Below, piece after piece: positions 50,141 to 60,700 of a stretch of 64,000 bases of DNA. The DNA comes from Reclinomonas americana ATCC 50394 (Eukaryota). The stretch is taken from the NCBI GenBank assembly GCA_048213135.1, contig PS015009.1:744001-808000 (forward strand). Reading direction: 5' to 3'. Position 1 is the stretch's first letter. Each line of letters starts with the position of its first letter. Made by a program: the position numbers and the translations under genes. The notes under the pieces were generated by a model. It was not told the DNA's origin and did not search any database. It saw only the letters and a program-made list of their open reading frames with translations.

Positions 50141-50233
50141 TCTCTTCTTTGCATTATCAAATCATCAAGTCCGGGTGTAAACGAAAAACTGGCACAATTT
50201 TGCCGGTAGAATACCATATAAAATCAGTCGACT

Positions 50234-50431
50234 ATGAATGCACCGTTTCCCGCACCCGCCACCGGATACCCCGGCAATTATGATATGATGAAGTTCCCTG
50301 CAGGAGTAGAAGGCAGGATCATCCTGGTAGAAGACAATGAAGAAGATCATATCCGTTTTGATCCCGTAGAACTGGAACCGGCTATAAAAGAGGAACCGCC
50401 GGCTGAGGAGAAGTCCTGGATCTGTTACTGA
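50234..50431 (+). CDS. Small acidic hypothetical protein (65 aa)
   Basis: ATG start after A-rich leader, fills an intergenic gap, followed by terminator. Confidence 0.55.
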   Translation: MNAPFPAPATGYPGNYDMMKFPAGVEGRIILVEDNEEDHIRFDPVELEPAIKEEPPAEEKSWICY

Positions 50432-50460
50432 AATTTTATTTTAGCTTACTGCAATACACG

Positions 50461-50491
50461 AAAAAGGCCCTGGTTGATGAACCGGGGCCTT
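50461..50491. terminator. Terminator between convergent genes
   Basis: AAAAAGGCCCTGGTT-GATG-AACCGGGGCCTT. Confidence 0.75.
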
Positions 50492-50513
50492 GTCATTTTT
50501 ATCTCGTACTGTG

Positions 50514-51233
50514 TTATTTTTTCCACAATGGCTTTTTACCCGATGGACGGATACCGCTCTTGCTTTGTGACGACAGTCGTATTTTCTGGTGCGGATCTCC
50601 TTTAGCGGTTGCTTTGGCAAAAGCTTTTTGATCGGCAGCTATTAAAGGGTCCTGCGGTCTTTCAAATAATTCTCCCTGCGCCGCAGCGGGAGGCTCAGCA
50701 TCAGTATCGCCGGTGTTGGCCGCTTTGCCAACAATCTCTTCCGATTGTTCAGCAACCGGTGGTGTATTCTCCGGTGCTTTTGGCAATGGTTCCTGTACCG
50801 GTGGTTTGGGTGCTGATGGCTTCGGCGCAGCTTTTTTCGCTACTGGTTTAACCGGTGCGGCCTTCTTAGCTACCGGCTTCACGGCTTTTTTAGGCGCTAC
50901 TTTTTTAGGCGCAGCTTTCTTTGGTGCGACTTTCTTTGCGGCGGCTTTTTTAGGCGCCGCCTTTTGGGGTGCAGCTTTCTTTGCAGCAGCCTTTTTAGGA
51001 GCGGCTTTTTTAACGGTTTTCTTTGCTGCTTTTTTAGGTGCAGCTTTTTTGGCAACAGATTTTTTCACCGCTTTTTTAGCGGCGGCTTTTTTGGGCGCAG
51101 CCTTTTTAGCGGCCTTCTTCACTGCTTTCTTAGGTGCTGATTTTTTTGAAGCCGCTTTTTTAGCAGCAGATTTTTTCGCTGCCGCCTTAGGTTTGGCCGC
51201 TGCTTTCTTTACGGGATTTTTTTTCTTTGCCAT
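50514..51233 (-). CDS. Histone H1-like Lys/Ala/Pro-rich protein
   Basis: About 140 aa of AAKK/APKK repeats, acidic linker, basic C-terminus. Confidence 0.85.
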   Translation of the reverse strand: MAKKKNPVKKAAAKPKAAAKKSAAKKAASKKSAPKKAVKKAAKKAAPKKAAAKKAVKKSVAKKAAPKKAAKKTVKKAAPKKAAAKKAAPQKAAPKKAAAKKVAPKKAAPKKVAPKKAVKPVAKKAAPVKPVAKKAAPKPSAPKPPVQEPLPKAPENTPPVAEQSEEIVGKAANTGDTDAEPPAAAQGELFERPQDPLIAADQKAFAKATAKGDPHQKIRLSSQSKSGIRPSGKKPLWKK

Positions 51234-51468
51234 GATGTGTATTTGTTTATTGAAGGAGATATTTTGTTATGCCACTGCAGGGCGTCAACACAGCAATACC
51301 CAAATGCTCAACAACCATACCACTTTATTATCAGCCGCAACGGGGCATCGCCTCCCGTAAATTTAAAAAAGCCCTTTCACATTATCAAAACTCTGTTGTA
51401 CTGATGCTGTCATTTTTATGCCGCTTCGGGGCAGATGCTTAACTTTAATACCGCTAACTTTTATCTCC

Positions 51469-52323
51469 ATGAAAAAACTGTCGCTTTCCTTCTGCCTTTC
51501 CCTGGCTGTAATGGCCGTGTTTGCCCAATCCCGGCCCGCGTATATCATTTACGATGCCCAGGGGAAAAAAGTAAAGTATGGCAAAATGCTGAAACAGCTG
51601 TCCGGCAAGGATATTATCCTGTTCGGTGAATTCCACAACAACCCCATCACCCACTGGCTGCAACTGATCGTAACCCGCGATCTGACCGAAAAAAGACAGG
51701 TCATGCTCGGCGCTGAAATGTTTGAGGCCGATAACCAGGAACCACTCAACCGTTACCTGGCCGGCACCCTGTCGGCCAAAGGCCTGGATTCTTCAGCAAG
51801 ATTATGGAACAATTACAAAACCGACTATGCCCCGCTGGTGAACCTGGCCAAAGAAAAAAAGCTGCCCTTCATCGCTACCAATATCCCGCGCCGGTACGCA
51901 TCACTGGTATCCAAAAAAGGATTTGAAGCACTCGATACCCTGTCGGCACAGGAAAAAAGCTGGATGGCGCCCCTGCCCATGGCTTATGACCCTCAATTAC
52001 CCGGCTATGTAAAAATGGTGGAAATGATGGGCGGTCACGGTGGCCCTAACCTGCCCAGGGCGCAGGCCACTAAAGACGCTACCATGGCCTATTTCATACT
52101 GAAGCATTACCAGCCCGGGCAACTGTTCATTCATTATAACGGCGCTTATCATTCCGATAACCACGATGGCATTGTATGGTACCTCAAACGCGAAAAGCCC
52201 GACCTGAAATATGTCACCATCAGCACCGTTTCGCAGAAAGACATCAAACACCTGCTGGACGAGAACAAGGGTAAGGCCGACTTTATCATCTGCGTGGATG
52301 AGGATATGACCACTACCTATTAA
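51469..52323 (+). CDS. ChaN-family exported protein
   Basis: Signal peptide, FGEFHNN, GAEMFE, TNIPRR, AQATKDATMA, NGAYHS. Confidence 0.85.
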   Translation: MKKLSLSFCLSLAVMAVFAQSRPAYIIYDAQGKKVKYGKMLKQLSGKDIILFGEFHNNPITHWLQLIVTRDLTEKRQVMLGAEMFEADNQEPLNRYLAGTLSAKGLDSSARLWNNYKTDYAPLVNLAKEKKLPFIATNIPRRYASLVSKKGFEALDTLSAQEKSWMAPLPMAYDPQLPGYVKMVEMMGGHGGPNLPRAQATKDATMAYFILKHYQPGQLFIHYNGAYHSDNHDGIVWYLKREKPDLKYVTISTVSQKDIKHLLDENKGKADFIICVDEDMTTTY

Positions 52324-52394
52324 CCCGGCATTCTATATGAACGGCCGCCCCGTTTAACCAATTCGTTTTATCTTACCAGCTATAAACTGCATTC

Positions 52395-54944
52395 ATGAGA
52401 AAATTCCGTTTCATCGTTCCGGCCCTGCTGGCCTGCCTCTTCAGCCATGCACAGGACCTGTCCTATTACCTGCCTTCCAACGTTACGTATAACCCCGCTA
52501 TTCCCACACCTGAATCGGTGATCGGTCATAAAGTGGGTGAATTCCATGTATCGCACGACCGGCTGGTGAATTATATGAAAGCCGTGGCAGCCGCCAATCC
52601 CGGCAGGATACTGATCGAACAAACCGGTCTTACTTACGAGAACAGGCCGCAGTTGTTACTGACCATATCTTCTCCCGCTAATATCAAACGCATCGGCGAT
52701 ATCAAAAAAGAACACAGCCTGCTGGTGGATCCCAAACGTTCCGCATCACTCAACACCGCCACCATGCCCGCCGTGGTATGGATGGGTTACAGTATACACG
52801 GTAATGAGCCCAGTGGCGTAAACGCTTCACTGCTGGCTGCCTACTACCTCGCCGCCGCACAGGGGCCTGCTGTTGATGACCTGCTCGAACACACCGTTAT
52901 CCTGCTCGATCCTTCCTTTAACCCCGATGGCATGAACCGCTTCGCCACCTGGGTGAATAATAACAGGAGCATCAACGCGCTGGTTACCGATCCCGCATCA
53001 AGAGAGTTCAATGAACCCTGGCCGGGCGGCAGGACCAACCATTATTATTTTGACCTGAACCGCGACTGGCTGCCCGCCCAGCAACCCGAAAGCAGGAACA
53101 GGCTGGCCAAGTTCCACGAATGGAATCCCAACATATTGACCGACCACCACGAACAGGGCAGCAATGCCAGTTTCTTCTTTCAGCCCGGCGTACCATCCAG
53201 GGTGAACCCCAACACGCCCAAACGCAACCAGGAGATCACCGGGCTCATCGGTAATTATCATGCTAAATTTCTCGACAGCATCGGTTCGCTTTATTTCACC
53301 AAAGAAGGATACGACGATTTCTATTATGGCAAAGGTTCCACCTATCCTGATGTGAACGGCGCCATCGGTATTTTGTTTGAACAGGCCAGCAGCCGCGGCC
53401 ATGCCCAGGAAACAGAGAATGGCCTGCTCACTTTCCCTTTCACCATCCGCAACCAGTTTGTGACTACGCTTTCCACGCTGGAAGCCGCACGCAACCTGCG
53501 CAAAACCCTGCTCGATTACCAGCGTGACTTTTTTGTAAATGCACAACAGGAAGCCACTGCCTTCCCCGTTAAAGGATACCTTTTTGGTGATGCATACGAT
53601 AAAAATAAAACAGCCATACTAGTGGAAATGCTCCTGCGTCACCAGATAGAAGTACGTACTGTAAAACAGGATATCAGTGCCGATGGTAAAACCTTCAAAG
53701 CCGGAAGCGCTTATATCATTCCCACACAACAACGGCAATTCAAACTCATCAAAGGCATTTTTGAAAAGATGTTTAAATACGAGGACAGCCTTTTTTACGA
53801 TATCAGCAGCTGGACATTACCCCTCGCTTTCAATCTTCCCTATGCCGAACTTAAAGCGATTGACCCTGCTGCTTACGGCGATGCCCTTACCAGTGCCGAA
53901 AAGCCCGCGGGCACAGTAAAAGGCGGGCAAAGTAATTATGCTTACGCTTTTGACTGGGATGATTATTATGCACCCAAACTGCTGTATGCATTGCAGCGCC
54001 GCGGTTTGATGACCAAAGTGGCCACACAACTTTTCTCCGCCGTGGGCCGCAGTTTCAACTACGGGACCATATTGGTGCCGGTGCAAACGCAGCAGGCCAA
54101 TGCCGATAATATTTATAAATGGATAGACGCCGCGGCACGTGAAAGCGGTGTTACTGTGTATGCCTTGCCCGGCGGGCTTTCTTCTTCGGGTATTGACCTG
54201 GGCAGTGGCAGTTTTTCTTCCCTGCGCCAGCCACGGATCATGCTGATGAGCGGCGCCGGCACCAGCAGCAACGACGCCGGTGAAGTGTGGTACCTCATGG
54301 ATCAGCGGTTCAGCATACCCGTGAGCATGGTGGAAGTGGACCGCCTTGGTGGCGCTAACCTGTCGAAGTACAATACCATCATCATGGCTGCGGGCAGCTA
54401 CAGCAATATGGACAAAGGGGTACAGGAAAAGCTGAGCAGCTGGGTAGCATCCGGCGGTACGCTTATCGCCAGTGAAGAAGCAGCGCAGTTCCTCAGCCGC
54501 AGCGGTATTACCAAAGTGCTGTTCAAAAAAGACGAGACAAAAAAAGATACCACCGCCAGCCTGCCTTACTATTTAAGAATGGATGAACAAAGGGCCAGGG
54601 ATATGCCCGGTTCTATCTTTGAAGCCCGCATGGACATTACCCATCCTTTGTGCTATGGCTACCGCAATAACAGCGTGGCCATTTTCAAATCCAACGGTAT
54701 TTACATGGACAGGAATAACGGTCCTTACAGCGCCCCGGTTGCATTTACCGCCAGCCCGTTGCTGAGTGGCTACCTGCATCCCTCCAATGCCCCGCTGGTG
54801 AAGAATATGGCTGAAGTGAACATCGACGCGATAGGAAGCGGCAGGGTGATCTCCATTGCCGACAACCTCAACTTCAGGGCGCTGTGGCTGGGCACCAATA
54901 AAATGTTCATGAACGCGGTGTTTTTTGGAACGCTGGTGAGATGA
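52395..54944 (+). CDS. M14 zinc carboxypeptidase family
   Basis: IHGNE, NPDG, DLNRDW, DHHE, FEQAS. Confidence 0.9.
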   Translation: MRKFRFIVPALLACLFSHAQDLSYYLPSNVTYNPAIPTPESVIGHKVGEFHVSHDRLVNYMKAVAAANPGRILIEQTGLTYENRPQLLLTISSPANIKRIGDIKKEHSLLVDPKRSASLNTATMPAVVWMGYSIHGNEPSGVNASLLAAYYLAAAQGPAVDDLLEHTVILLDPSFNPDGMNRFATWVNNNRSINALVTDPASREFNEPWPGGRTNHYYFDLNRDWLPAQQPESRNRLAKFHEWNPNILTDHHEQGSNASFFFQPGVPSRVNPNTPKRNQEITGLIGNYHAKFLDSIGSLYFTKEGYDDFYYGKGSTYPDVNGAIGILFEQASSRGHAQETENGLLTFPFTIRNQFVTTLSTLEAARNLRKTLLDYQRDFFVNAQQEATAFPVKGYLFGDAYDKNKTAILVEMLLRHQIEVRTVKQDISADGKTFKAGSAYIIPTQQRQFKLIKGIFEKMFKYEDSLFYDISSWTLPLAFNLPYAELKAIDPAAYGDALTSAEKPAGTVKGGQSNYAYAFDWDDYYAPKLLYALQRRGLMTKVATQLFSAVGRSFNYGTILVPVQTQQANADNIYKWIDAAARESGVTVYALPGGLSSSGIDLGSGSFSSLRQPRIMLMSGAGTSSNDAGEVWYLMDQRFSIPVSMVEVDRLGGANLSKYNTIIMAAGSYSNMDKGVQEKLSSWVASGGTLIASEEAAQFLSRSGITKVLFKKDETKKDTTASLPYYLRMDEQRARDMPGSIFEARMDITHPLCYGYRNNSVAIFKSNGIYMDRNNGPYSAPVAFTASPLLSGYLHPSNAPLVKNMAEVNIDAIGSGRVISIADNLNFRALWLGTNKMFMNAVFFGTLVR

Positions 54945-54979
54945 TTTGCGGATGGGCGGATGTGAAGATTAAGCAGCCA

Positions 54980-55057
54980 GCTCCCTGTCGTCAGTGGTCT
55001 GTCGTCCATTTTCCACGCCCCTGTTCCGCCGGGGTTTTCCGCAGGAGACCCCGGTGA
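54980..55057 (-). repeat. Fourth (partial) copy of the repeat core
   Basis: Reverse complement CACCGGGGTCTCCTGCGGAAAACCCCGGCGGAAC...ATGGACGACAGACCACTGACGACAGG. Confidence 0.88.
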
Positions 55058-55148
55058 AGATGAATTCCCATCCCACCCCTGTTAATCATTTCCTAAATGA
55101 ATTTCACCGGGTTTGCCATCTGCTTCATATTTAGCAGATTGCCTTAGC

Positions 55149-55796
55149 ATGTCAAACCTGGTCCTTTCCACGCGAATCTTTTTTATGGCAATGGCCATTT
55201 GCCTGGCTGGCCCGCTGCACGCACAGCAGGGCGTTTCGCCGTTAGCCTCCTATTCTTCCGAATGGAACAATGCCATTTATGAAAAATGTAATACCGCGGC
55301 TGGTGTAACTTATATGTCAGCCAAAGAAAAAGAGATCATCTATATCCTCAACCTCATCAGGGTATATCCTTCGCTTTTCGCGAAAACCGTACTGGAAGCC
55401 TATCCTGAAAAATCCGGCAACCCCGCGCTTGCCAATGATAAATACTATTACCAGTCGTTGTTAAGCCTTCTTCGCAAGATGAAGCCCGTTACGGCGCTGC
55501 AACCCGACCAGAAATGCTATACCAGCGCCAGTTGTCATGCCCTGCATTCCGGGCAGAAAGGATATGTGGGCCATGTAAGGCAGTCGCCCGAATGCAGCAA
55601 GAAAAAGTACTATTTCGGCGAGTGCTGCGATTATGGCAACAGTAATGCCCTGGACATTGTGCTGTCGCTCCTTATCGACCAGGATGTACCGTCGCTGGGG
55701 CATCGTACCGTTTGCCTGTACGATTTTTCAACTATTGGCGTATCTGTTCAGCCGCACCGGAAATACGGCACCAATACCGTACTCGATTTTCATTAA
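55149..55796 (+). CDS. CAP/SCP-like domain protein
   Basis: ILNLIR, GYVGH, GECCDYG, LLIDQDVPSLGHR, IGVS. Confidence 0.75.
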   Translation: MSNLVLSTRIFFMAMAICLAGPLHAQQGVSPLASYSSEWNNAIYEKCNTAAGVTYMSAKEKEIIYILNLIRVYPSLFAKTVLEAYPEKSGNPALANDKYYYQSLLSLLRKMKPVTALQPDQKCYTSASCHALHSGQKGYVGHVRQSPECSKKKYYFGECCDYGNSNALDIVLSLLIDQDVPSLGHRTVCLYDFSTIGVSVQPHRKYGTNTVLDFH

Positions 55797-55879
55797 AACG
55801 TCCTGTTTCCCGGAAACGCAATCTATTTTACCGGATTCGGCACCCGGCGAGTTTTTTTCAAATAATTTTGCATCACTTA

Positions 55880-55903
55880 AAACAATGCCGCCCCCCGTTC
55901 GTC
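55880..55903 (+). promoter_or_regulatory. ECF-type promoter upstream of ECF sigma gene
   Basis: AAAC-N16-CGTC ending 13 nt before the ATG; TAATTTTG housekeeping-type motif at 55863-55870. Confidence 0.6.
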
Positions 55904-55916
55904 CTCTACAGTACTT

Positions 55917-56498
55917 ATGGACGAGGCTCTGGCGCTAAGCACTGTAATAGTGGCCGAACGCAATAATAATATTACCAATACGATCAAATCGATAAGCCAG
56001 CGCTTATTCGGGTTTATTCGCAAAAGGGTGGCCAGCACGGAGGATGCGGAAGACATACTCCAGGATGTGCTGTACCAGTTTGCGGGCAGTGCCGAACCTA
56101 TCGAACATGCCAGCGGATGGCTCTTTAAAGTGGCCCGTAACAAGATCACCGACAGCTACCGTAAACACAAACTGCCACTGGCCGACGATGTATTTGGTCC
56201 GGGCGATGCGGGTGAGGATGGTTTCAACTGGAAGGAAATGCTGCTGCCTTCAGACAGTAACCCCGAATCGGAGTACCTCCGTAATCTTTTTTGGGAAGCG
56301 TTGCGCAACGCGCTGGATGAACTGCCCAAAGAACAAAGCAGTGTATTCATACAAAATGAAATGGAAGGCATCCCTTTTAAAGAGATTGCCGAACAAACCG
56401 GGGAGCCCGTGGCTACGCTGATCAGCCGCAAACGCTACGCGGTACTCCACCTGCGGGAAAGACTGCAGGTTTTGAAAGACGAATTATTAAACTATTAA
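55917..56498 (+). CDS. ECF RNA polymerase sigma factor
   Basis: DAEDILQDV, WLFKVARNKITD, ALDELP, FKEIAE. Confidence 0.93.
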   Translation: MDEALALSTVIVAERNNNITNTIKSISQRLFGFIRKRVASTEDAEDILQDVLYQFAGSAEPIEHASGWLFKVARNKITDSYRKHKLPLADDVFGPGDAGEDGFNWKEMLLPSDSNPESEYLRNLFWEALRNALDELPKEQSSVFIQNEMEGIPFKEIAEQTGEPVATLISRKRYAVLHLRERLQVLKDELLNY

Positions 56499-56534
56499 AC
56501 ACAGTAATAACCATTGCCGTGTGATAAAAAAACA

Positions 56535-56897
56535 ATGATGAAAAAATTCTGGTTAAAAAAAATCTTCTTCTTTATCGTGATCTTCGCCTGTGCCGTACTG
56601 CTTTTCGGCGCTATTGTAATGGGTCTGTGGAACGCCATCTTACCTGCGGTGCTGGGTGTAAAAACGATCACGTTTGTGCAGGCACTGGGCCTGCTGCTGC
56701 TTTCTAAGATCCTCTTCGGCGGCTTCGGCGGCAAAAAATGGGGTGGCCGCGGCGGACATGAATGGAAACAGAAGATGGCCGAAAAATGGGAGCATATGAC
56801 ACCCGAACAAAGGGAAAAATTCAAAGCAGAATGGAGAAACCGCTGCAGCAAATGGGGACGCCGCGAAAAAGACAGGGAAGATATGGCTGCGGAATGA
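56535..56897 (+). CDS. Small membrane protein in ECF operon
   Basis: Hydrophobic N-half (LWNAILP, ILFGG), charged tail MTPEQREKFK. Confidence 0.8.
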   Translation: MMKKFWLKKIFFFIVIFACAVLLFGAIVMGLWNAILPAVLGVKTITFVQALGLLLLSKILFGGFGGKKWGGRGGHEWKQKMAEKWEHMTPEQREKFKAEWRNRCSKWGRREKDREDMAAE

Positions 56898-56942
56898 TCT
56901 TTATAAAAAAGTATATCAAGCCAACATAGAAAAACAAACTGT

Positions 56943-57155
56943 ATGCAAATCCTCGTATTTAAAACCAACCTCATGAACACACAGCGGGTCAACGACGCCG
57001 CTTTCTCTCTCGACATTCACCCGCTCATCGTTCAGTGGAATGTAGACCTCCACGACAAAGACAAGGTGCTTCGTGTTGTGGCAAAGAACATTGAACCCAA
57101 AGAAGTGGAGCAGCTGATCCTTAATGCGGGGTACTATTGCGAAGAACTGGACTAG
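56943..57155 (+). CDS. Small ferredoxin-fold/HMA-like hypothetical protein
   Basis: VFKTN..WNVDLHDKDKVLRV..GYYCEEL. Confidence 0.75.
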   Translation: MQILVFKTNLMNTQRVNDAAFSLDIHPLIVQWNVDLHDKDKVLRVVAKNIEPKEVEQLILNAGYYCEELD

Positions 57156-57225
57156 CCTGTTTCCGGGAGAAGAACAGCATAAGGCAAAACCATTTACCTT
57201 TGCGTTCTAACTAATAAAACCGGAA

Positions 57226-57720
57226 ATGAAACAACTGCTTACGCTCATCGCGTTCTTATCACTGACCCTTGCAGGTTTTGCGCAGGGTCCGAACTCAGCA
57301 TCTTACGAAGACTTAATGCAACGGGCCCGCAGGGCACGTACAACAAGCACCATTATGGTGGCCACTGGCCCGGTAATAGCCGCAGGTGGTATCGGCACTT
57401 TAATTTACGGACTGATCCGCAACGAAACCGATGAGGGTGATTTTTACTACGACATCAATGGCAACTACGTAGAAGTTCCTCCAAGGAAGTATACAACAGA
57501 GATTGTGGTAGGCGCCGCGGCAACGGTTGTTGGCATAGGCGTGGCCCTGGGCAGTATCGCTTTTTCCGACAAAGCTTACAAGCTCCGCAGGGAAGCCCGG
57601 AAGGTGAAGGTGTCCACATCCATGGACCGTATCGTTATTCCGGGATACCAGAACGGTTTGGGAAATGCCGGTGTAAGACAGCATAAATTATCGCTGATCA
57701 TTCCTTTGGGAAAAGGATAG
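57226..57720 (+). CDS. Exported/membrane hypothetical protein
   Basis: Signal peptide plus two Gly-rich hydrophobic segments. Confidence 0.7.
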   Translation: MKQLLTLIAFLSLTLAGFAQGPNSASYEDLMQRARRARTTSTIMVATGPVIAAGGIGTLIYGLIRNETDEGDFYYDINGNYVEVPPRKYTTEIVVGAAATVVGIGVALGSIAFSDKAYKLRREARKVKVSTSMDRIVIPGYQNGLGNAGVRQHKLSLIIPLGKG

Positions 57721-57734
57721 GCTCAGCTGCCGGA

Positions 57735-60700
57735 TTACATATTCCTCCGGTATTGTCCGCCTACTGAATACAATGCATTGGTGATCTGGCCGAGTGAACA
57801 ATATTTCACCGTTTCCATCAGTTCAGCAAAAAGATTCTCATTATTGATTGCCGCCTGTTGTAATTTTTTCAGCATGGCGGCAGTTTTATTTTCGTGGCGT
57901 TCGTGAAAAGCCTGCAACGTTTTTATCTGGAATTCTTTTTCTTCTGTTGTAGAACGGATCACTTCAGAAGGAATAATGGTAGGACTTCCCTTCTTGTTCA
58001 GGAAAGTGTTTACACCAACAATAGGATACTCACCGGTATGTTTGAGGGTTTCGTAATGAAGACTTTCTTCCTGTATTTTGTTTCGCTGGTACATTCTTTC
58101 CATGGCGCCAAGCACACCACCGCGATCGGTAATGCGGTCGAATTCCGCCATCACGGCTTCTTCCACCAGGTGCGTCAGTTCCTCGATCAGGAAAGAACCC
58201 TGGTTGGGGTTTTCATTCTTGGCCGTACCCAGCTCCCGATTGATGATAAGCTGTATGGCCATCGCCCTGCGAACGCTTTCTTCCGTAGGCGTGGTGATCG
58301 CTTCGTCGTACGCATTCGTATGTAAAGAATTACAGTTATCATAAATGGCGTACAATGCCTGCAACGTAGTGCGTATATCATTGAAGTCAATCTCCTGCGC
58401 ATGCAGCGAACGGCCGGATGTTTGAATATGGTACTTCAGCATCTGGCTGCGCTTATTGGCCTTGTATTTATACTTCATGGCTTTGGCCCATATGCGGCGG
58501 GCCACACGACCGATAACGCTGTACTCTGGGTCCATCCCATTACTGAAGAAGAAAGACAGGTTAGGCGCAAAGTCGTCGATGTTCATGCCGCGGCTGAGGT
58601 AGTACTCCACGTAAGTAAACCCGTTGGATAAGGTAAACGCCAGCTGTGTTATAGGATTGGCGCCCGCTTCCGCGATATGGTAACCACTGATGCTGACGCT
58701 GTAAAAATTCCTTATTTTTTTATCGATAAAATATTCCTGCACATCCCCCATGAGTTTCAGCGCAAATTCGGTACTGAAGATGCAGGTATTCTGCGCCTGG
58801 TCTTCTTTCAGGATATCAGCCTGTACGGTTCCGCGTACACTCTGCAATGCCGCGGCCCTGATCTGCTCATACACCTCGGCGGGCAGCACATCGGCACCGC
58901 TCAGTCCCAGTAAACGCAGTCCCAGTCCGTCATTACCGCCGGGCAATGCGCCTTCCAGTCCACCTTTGTACGGCGAAACCGGCTGACCGTCTACACCTAT
59001 GTATTTAGGGAGGCTGTCAATAGCATACAGTTCCTCTATCTTCTTATTTACCGCATCGCGGAGCCCCTGTTCGATAATATATTTTTCACATTGCTGGTCA
59101 ATGGCAGCGTTCAGGAAGAAGGCCAGCAATATTGGCGCCGGACCATTGATGGTCATGCTCACCGATGTTTTCGGATCGCAGAGATCAAAACCGCTGTACA
59201 GTTTTTTAGCATCATCAACAGTAGCGATACTTACACCGCTGTTGCCTACTTTACCATAGATATCGGGGCGGTGAGCGGGGTCTTCACCGTAAAGCGTAAC
59301 ACTGTCAAACGCTGTGCTGAGGCGCTTCGCGGGCTGCCCCTGTGATACGTAGTGGAAACGCCTGTTGGTCCTTTCGGGTCCGCCTTCACCGGCGAACATA
59401 CGCGTAGGATCTTCTCCTTCCCTTTTCAGCGGGAACACACCGGCGGTATAAGGAAAGTGTCCAGGTGCATTTTCCTGGGCCTGCCAGGTAAGCAGGTCGC
59501 CCCAGTCTTTGTATTTAGGCAATATCACTTTAGGTATGCGGGTGCCACTCAGGCTGGTGGTGGTCATCTCCTGCCTGATCACTTTATCCCTTACTTTATA
59601 CTCGTAAAAATCTTTATTATATTCTTCCAGTTTCTGTGGCCAGTTGGTAACGAGTTTCTTTGCTACAGGTGTAAGCTGCTCCGTATACCAGTCGATTTGT
59701 TTTTGCAGAACGGCAACCAGTTCATCACCGGGTTTTTCTTTCGCTTCTGCCAGCGTTGCCAGCACACCATGTAACTGATAGAGTTTACTGGCAATGGCCG
59801 ATTGGTCTTTCACCAGTTGGTCATACTCCCTGATGGCGGTATTGATCTCGCTGAGGTAGCGCACACGTGAAGAAGGAATGATGGCGGAAGACACTTTCGC
59901 GGTAGCGCCGAAATGAAATTCACCAAACGTAGTGCCTGTCTTCTTTTCCACGGCCTGCAGTAATTTTTCAAACAGGTGGTTCACGCCTTCGTCGTTGAAC
60001 TTGCTGGCCATAGAACCTACAACAGGCAGGTCTTCATTTTTAGCGGAGAACAACTGGTGGTTGCGTTTGTATTGTTTGCAAACATCGTTGTACGCGTCAA
60101 GCGCCCCGGCCTTATCAAATTTGTTGATGCAGATCACATCAGCATAATCCAGCATGTTGATCTTTTCCAGCTGTGAAGCGGCGCCATATTCCGGAGTCAT
60201 CACGTACATGCTCACATCACAATAGTCGAGGATAGAAGCATCACTTTGCCCGACACCGGCGCTCTCCAGTATGATCAGGTCAAAACCGGCCTCCCGGCAA
60301 ATGTCGATAGCTTCCTGTACATGCACACTCAGGGCGGTATTGTCTTCCCGTGTAGCGAGACTGCGCATATAAGCCCTCGGATGCGAAATGGAATTCATGC
60401 GGATACGGTCGCCCAGCAAAGCGCCACCGGTCTTTTTCTTACTGGGATCAACCGAAATAACAGCGATGGTCTTGTTGGTGAAATTATTCAGGAAGCGGCG
60501 TACGATCTCGTCGGTTACCGATGATTTGCCCGCGCCGCCGGTACCGGTGATGCCGAGTACAGGTATTTTAGTAGCTGCTGTGGTATGGTCAGTCGCGATG
60601 CCGTTCTCCGCGTTGGTGATCTTACGGGCGATGCTGCGTACGTCTTTCACCTCATCCATGGTCATGGCTGATTGGTAATCGCCGGTGCCGTTGAGGGTTA

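Noticed and set aside
50190..50204. TGGCACAATTTTGC as a sigma-54 promoter
   Set aside because: GG-to-GC spacing is 9 nt rather than the required 10.
50713..51360. 215-aa hydrophobic AAFL-repeat ORF
   Set aside because: Reverse-complement reading of the Lys/Ala-rich H1-like gene.
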